57,085 nt of DNA from Catajapyx aquilonaris (Eukaryota): positions 1 through 57,085 of the forward strand of contig JYFJ02002463.1 of the NCBI GenBank assembly GCA_000934665.2, in the 5' to 3' direction. The position numbers were made by a program, and so were the translations under genes. Under the pieces are notes generated by a model. It did not search any database, was not told the origin of the DNA, and saw only the letters and a list, made by a program, of their open reading frames with translations. How positions within the stretch are numbered: position 1 is the stretch's first letter; each line of letters starts with the position of its first letter. Below, piece after piece: positions 50,497 through 57,085 of the stretch.

Positions 50497-53400
50497 TTAA
50501 AGCCTGGTTGCATGATCGATAGTAATGTCTTTAGTCAGATCAGGTGGTGAGGGTGGTTCCTTTTTGATGACTGGTTCCGCTTCAGTAGACGCTGATGGCC
50601 CCATCAGCACGTCCATTATTGACTTTGGTATATGAGACCGCTGACTTTCTGTGAATTTCATCACATGAGTGAGAAGAGGTTCCCGAAGTTCTGGGGAGAC
50701 TGACAGTACTTCTTGCAGCTGGGTAGCGGGAAGCTGGAGCAGTACTTGAAAACTCTGTGGTTTGGTCCTCTGGCAGCACTTGATGAATCCTTCCCAGACT
50801 TTCTTCTGCTCCCAGACCTTCTTCAGGATCAGACGCTGAAGAATGTTCATTACGAATCCAATGAGGCGAGGATAGAGGGACAAGGACTGAATCACAGTCC
50901 GCATCAGTAGTGTTGGCAGGGGACTCTGCTCCATCAGCTGCTGCATTACTACTGCCAGTACCTCTTGAGTGTAGACCTGGTTCTCACCAAAGCAAAGGGA
51001 TGTGGCCTTGATGACGGTCTTCATGTCGCACTTGGCTGGGTCCACGTTGTGCAAGGCTACCAGAAGCTCTGCAGGTGTTAGAGGACTGGTGTGGTTGGCA
51101 ACATCAACATGAGTGCCCAGCAAACGATTGAATACTTCCTTCACCACCACAGGATTGAGCTTTATGAGCTTGGGCAAGGCAGCAATCACCTCCTTCTTAG
51201 TTAATCCATTCAGCACAGGGATAAGAAAACGAACATCTGACACCCTCTTGTGGTATAGATCACGGACACGTGCTACCAACTGAGAACTTGGCGGGGTCTT
51301 ATCAGTGAGAATATGTATGACACGGGTGACCAGAGTCTCTGCCCCTTTTGGGCAGTTCTCAACAAGGCGCAGCAGTTCTGGAGAATCCATCCCCATGCCT
51401 TTGACAGGCTTCTCCAATAAACGAAGGACAGTTCGTTTCACATCTGCATTAGTTTGCACATACACCTCAGCCAGCTCACGAATCATTTTTTCATTCTTAG
51501 GCAATAGGGCCAGGTAAAGGTACAAGCAAGCCCGCACCACATCCTCTGTCCACTGAAGGGCAACACCTGGACGGCCTCTGTCAATACCAAAGAGAATTTC
51601 AGGAGGACGAGGTAGGAGAAGAAACTTCAAATACATGATTGCATATTCCTCAACAACTTTGCACAGGTCACCACGGCCATAGAGATCTATAATGGCTTCA
51701 ATTGCTAGGGTGCGCAGGTCTACTCCCTCATAAGCATTATACTCCAATAGTGCATTTAAAAATAGCAGCTGCTTGGATGGACGCCTGATAACTAATTCCT
51801 TTAGAAGGGAAATCCCAGCTGCTGACCTTCCCTCATCTTGACATATCTGCTTCAGCAGATCAATGGCTTGCTCGGTCACAAGTGGTGCTTCCAAGTACAG
51901 TCGAAACAGCAAAGCGTCTTTGTCCTTTGGTTCAGATCGCTCCAAAAAACCACGAACAAATCCGCATAGGACTATATTGTAAGTATCTTCATCAACTTTT
52001 GTAGCTCGCAGCAAGTTGTGGCCCTTTATAAATCCTTGCATGTGGCTATATTCCTCATACAACCACGCAAATGCCAAGTCACAGCGTTGCCTCACATCTT
52101 TAAAAATAAATTCTGCGACAGCTAGTCGCACTTCCTCATCCATTTGTACTGCCAGAGTGGCAATAATTTTTACGCGAGCCTCAGTTGCCCCACCAAGAAC
52201 ACAATTCTTCTCCGCCTGTAGAATCCGTTCAATGGCATCAAGCAGCAGACTCCTCCGATCCCTTGGTTCCAGTGGACGAGTAATCTCAGCCAGTTTTAAG
52301 GTTCGCATTTTGTGCTTCTTAGGGGTAACGCCAGTTGGCAACAATGATGCAGGAACAGGTTTATGCTTCCGCTCACCGAATGCATCACTTGAGAGTGTGC
52401 CTCCTATTAATGTGGCTATGGGATTTTTAGTGCCCACTGCCATAGACACAACTGTGCTGTCATCATCCTCATAGTCAAAGTTGAACGGTTTAACATCATC
52501 TCGCCTTGCCTGCTCTGCTCCTGGTCCAAGTGAAGCAGCGGTGAGCTGTGTTGATAACAGTCTTGCCACATGCCTGATTTGACCTTCTGTGCCTGCAGCT
52601 GCAATAGGTGTATACACTGCACTGAAGTGAGGAGGCATAGTATCTGGAAGTTTCATCATAGAAACAAAAACCAGGTCAGCTGCCACTGCTGGTGTGAGAT
52701 GTTCCAAGACATGACTTTCTGTGACATCTACAGCTGCGGAGTGCTTCTTCTTGACAGGTGGTGGTTTACTAACAATGCTATAAGCATCGTCGTCGTCATA
52801 CTCTTCTTCCATTTCCTCTTCCTCTCCTTCCTCCTCTTCCTCCTCAGCAAGCCTCACTCGCTTGATCCCAGTTGTAACCCCTTCTACCCTGACATGTGTC
52901 CGCTTTCGCAACAGGTCAGTTCGTGGGAGGCAACGTGTTACCTCCTGCTGTGTGGCACCCAAGTCTGTCAGGAGAGTGGCAATGTTGTTGCGATGCTCAC
53001 TTGTACTCGGATGCCGCAATAACCCCAGCAACTTCAGTTTGAGATGCTTCCTGACAGAGCTCACCTGTGACTTCCCTAAGGTTGGAGGAAGGTTGGCATG
53101 AAGCATTTCAATTGCACCCACAGCTTTTGCCATAAACTGTGGTCGCATCTGTGCTACAAGGGTCAGGGTGCTCATGCAGGTCATTAGATTAGCGCTAGTG
53201 ATGTGTGATGAGCCATGAAACTGTAGGAGTTTTTCAAACACGGCTCTTGCTTCTTCCTCCAGCTTACGCGGCCTGGCAACTTTGAGGGTTAGGGGGACGT
53301 CATCCAAACAAAACTCCCTTTCTGTTGTGAAACTGTTCTCTTCTGTGTAGGTCTGCACTAACACTGTCATCTCCATAAAGCGCACTGCCATTGTTCTCAT

Positions 53401-53877
53401 CCCATCATTGTCGCTATCGATGAGATCAAAAATGTGCCTCTTGATCCGCCCCATCATGGACCAGGTGGACTGCATCATGTCCGTTACCGTCTTGGCCCGT
53501 GCCAGCCATGCCAGTGCAATCGGGTACAACTGCATCATACACCGCACCACCATCTTCTGTACCATCACAGACGGATCGTTCATAAGCAACTGCAAGTTTG
53601 CCACTAACTTGGGTAGGATCTCGTTGTCCTTCCGGCAGGCTTCCTGGATGAACCCCACCATAAAGACACGCACGTCTGCATTGTTGTCGCTTTGGAAGGA
53701 GAGGATCTCATCCAGAAAGTTGTCGAGGAGACTCGTATCCTTGTTCAGCACAATGTCCTGTACCCTGGTCAGGTACCTGATTTTGTTGCTTTCTGAGCTG
53801 GTCGTCCCAATCAGATTGATAAGCTCCACCACACGGTCGTTATATGACACTTGACCTTCGTCTTCTGTTTGGTCCAT
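50497..53877 (-). CDS. SYMPK: Symplekin (cleavage/polyadenylation scaffold), intronless CDS
   Basis: Single uninterrupted ORF of about 1126 aa from accATGg at 53877 (alternative ATG at 53904). LLDNFLDEILSFQ, NLPPTLGKSQVSSVRKHLK, LVENCPKGAETLVTR, RVRDLYHKRVSDVRFLIPVLNGL, LPTLLMRTVIQSLSLYPRL, VWEGFIKCCQRTKPQSFQVLLQLP. Confidence 0.96.
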   Translation of the reverse strand: MDQTEDEGQVSYNDRVVELINLIGTTSSESNKIRYLTRVQDIVLNKDTSLLDNFLDEILSFQSDNNADVRVFMVGFIQEACRKDNEILPKLVANLQLLMNDPSVMVQKMVVRCMMQLYPIALAWLARAKTVTDMMQSTWSMMGRIKRHIFDLIDSDNDGMRTMAVRFMEMTVLVQTYTEENSFTTEREFCLDDVPLTLKVARPRKLEEEARAVFEKLLQFHGSSHITSANLMTCMSTLTLVAQMRPQFMAKAVGAIEMLHANLPPTLGKSQVSSVRKHLKLKLLGLLRHPSTSEHRNNIATLLTDLGATQQEVTRCLPRTDLLRKRTHVRVEGVTTGIKRVRLAEEEEEEGEEEEMEEEYDDDDAYSIVSKPPPVKKKHSAAVDVTESHVLEHLTPAVAADLVFVSMMKLPDTMPPHFSAVYTPIAAAGTEGQIRHVARLLSTQLTAASLGPGAEQARRDDVKPFNFDYEDDDSTVVSMAVGTKNPIATLIGGTLSSDAFGERKHKPVPASLLPTGVTPKKHKMRTLKLAEITRPLEPRDRRSLLLDAIERILQAEKNCVLGGATEARVKIIATLAVQMDEEVRLAVAEFIFKDVRQRCDLAFAWLYEEYSHMQGFIKGHNLLRATKVDEDTYNIVLCGFVRGFLERSEPKDKDALLFRLYLEAPLVTEQAIDLLKQICQDEGRSAAGISLLKELVIRRPSKQLLFLNALLEYNAYEGVDLRTLAIEAIIDLYGRGDLCKVVEEYAIMYLKFLLLPRPPEILFGIDRGRPGVALQWTEDVVRACLYLYLALLPKNEKMIRELAEVYVQTNADVKRTVLRLLEKPVKGMGMDSPELLRLVENCPKGAETLVTRVIHILTDKTPPSSQLVARVRDLYHKRVSDVRFLIPVLNGLTKKEVIAALPKLIKLNPVVVKEVFNRLLGTHVDVANHTSPLTPAELLVALHNVDPAKCDMKTVIKATSLCFGENQVYTQEVLAVVMQQLMEQSPLPTLLMRTVIQSLSLYPRLIGFVMNILQRLILKKVWEQKKVWEGFIKCCQRTKPQSFQVLLQLPATQLQEVLSVSPELREPLLTHVMKFTESQRSHIPKSIMDVLMGPSASTEAEPVIKKEPPSPPDLTKDITIDHATRL

Positions 53878-53939
53878 GGTTGTGGCGGAGGGCTCCTGTA
53901 ACATGCTGAATTTGTTCCTGTGGTCCAGCAGCTCCACCG

Positions 53940-55330
53940 TCAGCGAATCGCGCCTCAGGTCACCAGGCCTAGTGGAACGCAGCCATCACAGTAAATCCCG
54001 AAAACATGGTTGACACTTTGCTTTTTAGTAATTCCAAATATTGTTACCCAAATTGAATAAGTAGGATCAACAACTTGTTCTGGATTCAGTCAGATTCACA
54101 AGCTTGTAAGAAACCGCCCTCTCACCACACTTTTCGGCAGCGACTTATGCCCCACTGGCTCGAGCTGCAAAGCTATCAACGCTAGCGAGTGAATGGGGTG
54201 TCACTTCACTGCATAAAAGCGCTGCAAGAAGACATAATTTATCATTAGCTTGTGAACGCACCTTAAGGCCAGGTTGCACCACTCGCGATATATCAAAAGC
54301 TGCCTCGCCATCCATTGTTATCGTTACCAACTATCATTGCTGCTTTTGATACACCAGCAGCGTCGCAACCAGGCCCAAGTGTCACAGTTAGGCTAGAAAG
54401 CAGCATTGCCGTGCTGATGGCTTGCGCTCACTCTTTTCGTGGTACGTACGAACTATTCCCTGCAAAACGTACAAAACCATCTGCGTTCCAGCAACGCCGT
54501 TCCTTCCCCCTCCATTGTTTACTACTTAAAAACATGACAGTCCAACAACACCCATCAGCTGTCACCCCACCAACATCACCACTACTTACTTTACGTTTCT
54601 CAGAAGCGGGCCACATGTTGTAACATTGTGCTGGAAGGGACAAAGTCACGAATTAGCTCCCATCGTGGGCGGGGAAAAAACGTACAGAAAACTAGTGTTA
54701 GGACCAGGATGGAACAGGAAAGAAGAAGAAAAAAAATTGAGTGAGTGAGTGAGTGGGGGAGAGTGGTAGGGCGGGGGTGGGAGGGGAGTGGAATGAAACT
54801 GCCCTCTGGCGGGCCCCCACTTGTGCTTTCAGGCCCCGATTAATGCCCCCGCACCTTTGGATCTGCCCTTCCCAGACTGACGGTGTCTGCCTGACATGGG
54901 GGCACGGCCTGGGATGTGTGGGGAACTTGGCCAAGACGTCACACTATCTATGTGTGGGTCGGGGGGAGGGGGATGCACACACACAATAAATACCTTTTCA
55001 GCTCGGCTTGAAAACCATCATGGCCGACCGAATGTGGGGTTGCCAGACGCACGGGGAAATGCCCAAGCGGGAATGGAACAAAACGGGAAAAAAGAGTCTC
55101 TCTCCCGACAGGACGGGGCCTCTGGAGGGGATGGGCACAAGCGTGACGGGGCTGGCGTCGGGCCAGGTGGATGCCCGTTATAAATTATGCGGGTTGTTGC
55201 GCATCGGGAGAGAGCGGGAATTATTCGCCTGCACACCTTTTTATTTGGAACAACAGGAGACAATTAAAGATGGCGGATGGAACGGGAGGCGCGCGGTTCT
55301 TTCGGAGAGGGACGTTCACAGGTAGGCCAA
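53940..55330 (-). promoter_or_regulatory. CpG/GC-rich promoter and 5'-leader region upstream of Symplekin (possibly shared with BMI1)
   Basis: High CpG density, GGGCGGGG boxes, TGACG/GACGTCA, AAGATGGCGG at 55267, minus-strand donor-like AA|GTAAGT near 54589. Resembles the EAF upstream region (21100-21850). Confidence 0.5.
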
Positions 55331-55818
55331 GAGCTTATTAGCTGTTGGTAGGCGTATGGCAGGTGTTCTGGGACAGCCTGGATGATTCCAAAGAGGGATG
55401 CGGGATCCCAGGCATATCCTGAGTAGTTTGTACATGCCATACTTACAAATCCTCCCCCAAAAAAACCCTATGACGGTTCGATGTAAAGAACCATGCATCC
55501 TTCAGTTCTACGCAAAACTCAATGAGGTTCTCCCTGAGTGGCAGTCATTTAAGGTTCTTGTTCCCACCAATAGCCTATTACTAGCTTAGGATTGTGTGAT
55601 ACTGACAGGTGACAGCTACATGCATAAGGTTACGGTAGGGTGTAGGGCTGTACACCTTCGTGGGTAGTCCGGTAGTCCGTGTACGCAAATAAATAATAAA
55701 AAAGAATAATAATAATAATAAATAGTTAATAACCCCTCGGTTGGTAAGTTACTCTCCTTCATCAGGCAAATCCCTGCAGTCATTTTTAAACGCAGAAGTA
55801 CTGAAAACTTGGAATTGG

Positions 55819-56040
55819 CAGTGGCGGATCCAGGAATTTTTTCTGTGGTGGTGGTGGGGGGGGGGGGGGGTTTAGAAGATGGTAATTATTTCCAAGCCAC
55901 GTCTGCCGCCTGTTACNAATTGCATGTTCTAGAGGGTTTTTGCGAGTTTTCCACCCGTTTTTTTCTATTTTTTTCCTTCCCCTCCCCCCTCCCTCTGGGG
56001 GAGCTATGGGGGGGGGGGGCGCCCCCTAAATCCGCCACTG
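55819..56040. mobile_element. hAT-superfamily MITE
   Basis: CAGTGGCGGATCCAGG...CCTAAATCCGCCACTG with a perfect 8-bp TSD GGAATTGG (55811-55818 and 56041-56048) and poly-G tracts inside. Confidence 0.92.
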
Positions 56041-56047
56041 GGAATTG

Positions 56048-56048
<1 letters not shown>

Positions 56049-56081
<33 letters not shown>
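56049..56081. repeat. (TAT)n microsatellite
   Basis: Direct reading. Confidence 0.95.
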
Positions 56082-56082
<1 letters not shown>

Positions 56083-56577
56083 CCAATTCCAAGTTTTCAG
56101 TACCGGTACTTGCTGCGTTTCGTGCATATAGGACTGCTGTGCAGACAAAACGTCAGTTTTGACGAAACAAAATATATGTAGGCCTATACCCGTACTTTAT
56201 TGCTGAAACCGGCACAGTAATACGTAGAACGTATAGGCAATAGAAAAAATATGACTTGAACTCTTGAAGACTCTTGAAGGATAGTCTACATATTTTGCCA
56301 CAAAAAACACAAATATGTGCCCTCACTGCCCTGTGACATACGGTATAATTGTGCCTATAATTATTATAATGTGTCATCCTTCCACATCACTATATGTGTC
56401 ACCTGTCTTGTCTTTGCGCATCCCACAGCACAGTTTTGTGTCGTTTAAAACACGGAACGCGCTGACGAGATTGCCCGACATATTTTTGTGCGTCATGATG
56501 TAGTATAGGGATTAGAATTGAATGACAACTATAGTTCTGTGCCGAAAGTGTGTCTGTGTGTGTGTGTGGGTGTGTGT

Positions 56578-56897
56578 TCTTGTCTTCAATAAGGTGTGGG
56601 GACGGAAATAGATGTGTAACTGTATCTCTGGGGACGTTGACCAAATTGTGGGGACATTTTAGGTCCCCACAGGGCAAAACTGCTTCACAGCACACGAGAA
56701 TATTACCGTTACATTGGGGACATGTCCCCACTATTTCGTTTTGCACGGTTTCACAAAAGTCCATTTCTTTCAGCCTAGGTTATTAGGGTAGGGTAGGTAG
56801 ATTAGGTTAGGTTAGGTTAGGTTAGGTTAGGTTAGGTTAGTTTACACTCGCTTTGAAAAGTTGTCTTTTTACGTCCCCACACCTTAGTGAAAACATG
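56578..56897. mobile_element. TIR element inserted in a (TG)n tract, carrying GGGGAC repeats and a TTAGG array
   Basis: TGTCTTCAATAAGGTGTGGGGACG ... CGTCCCCACACCTTAGTGAAAACA; TG repeats on both flanks; exact termini approximate. Confidence 0.75.
56802..56840 (+). repeat. Interstitial arthropod-type telomeric repeat (TTAGG)7
   Basis: Seven full TTAGG units plus TTAG, preceded by degenerate TAGGG units. Confidence 0.95.
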
Positions 56898-57085
56898 GGT
56901 GTGTGTGTAGGTGTGTGTGAATGTATTTGCTAAAGAGACAGATTAACTGTGTTAACGAAAGTTGTTACGCGTATTTTTCATACATAATTTATTTCCTGCA
57001 TTCTGTTTTAATACACTGGAGTGTCGCGACCAAAGAGCTTGGTCGCGACATTTCATCTCAAATTTTATAAGATAAAAATATTTCT

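Noticed and set aside
56802..56840. True chromosome end
   Set aside because: Only about 8 units, internal to a TIR element, with ordinary sequence beyond.

Overview
This is a gene-dense eukaryotic window, not a prokaryotic one. It is most likely an arthropod: it carries a TTAGG array, short GT-AG introns, and CpG-poor gene bodies with CpG-rich promoters. I reconstructed nine protein-coding genes by hand, with reading-frame phases consistent across exons. In order: DSTYK (-, kinase C-terminus runs off the left edge), a 9-finger C2H2 protein (-), CHPF/chondroitin sulfate synthase 2 (+), EAF (-), TMEM177 (-), COMMD3 (+), DCTN1/p150Glued (+), BMI1/Psc (-) and an intronless Symplekin (-). Introns and intergenic gaps hold about ten small non-autonomous DNA elements (Tc1/mariner, pogo/Tigger, hAT, CACTG-ended, GGG-ended, and a TG-flanked element carrying TTAGG), a tRNA-derived SINE, and a 62-bp retro-insertion. 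The leading hypothesis is that the intronless Symplekin ORF lies inside, or is co-transcribed with, the 5' leader of BMI1/Psc, because splice signals continue past its stop codon. Other leads are a Tigger4/Zombi-like MITE, COMMD3-BMI1 linkage, a cassette/microexon array in DCTN1, a GC-AG intron with a competing in-frame GT donor in EAF, and a KH-like/ZF protein with an LC8-type motif. All family assignments come from recognition of the sequence; no database searches were run.
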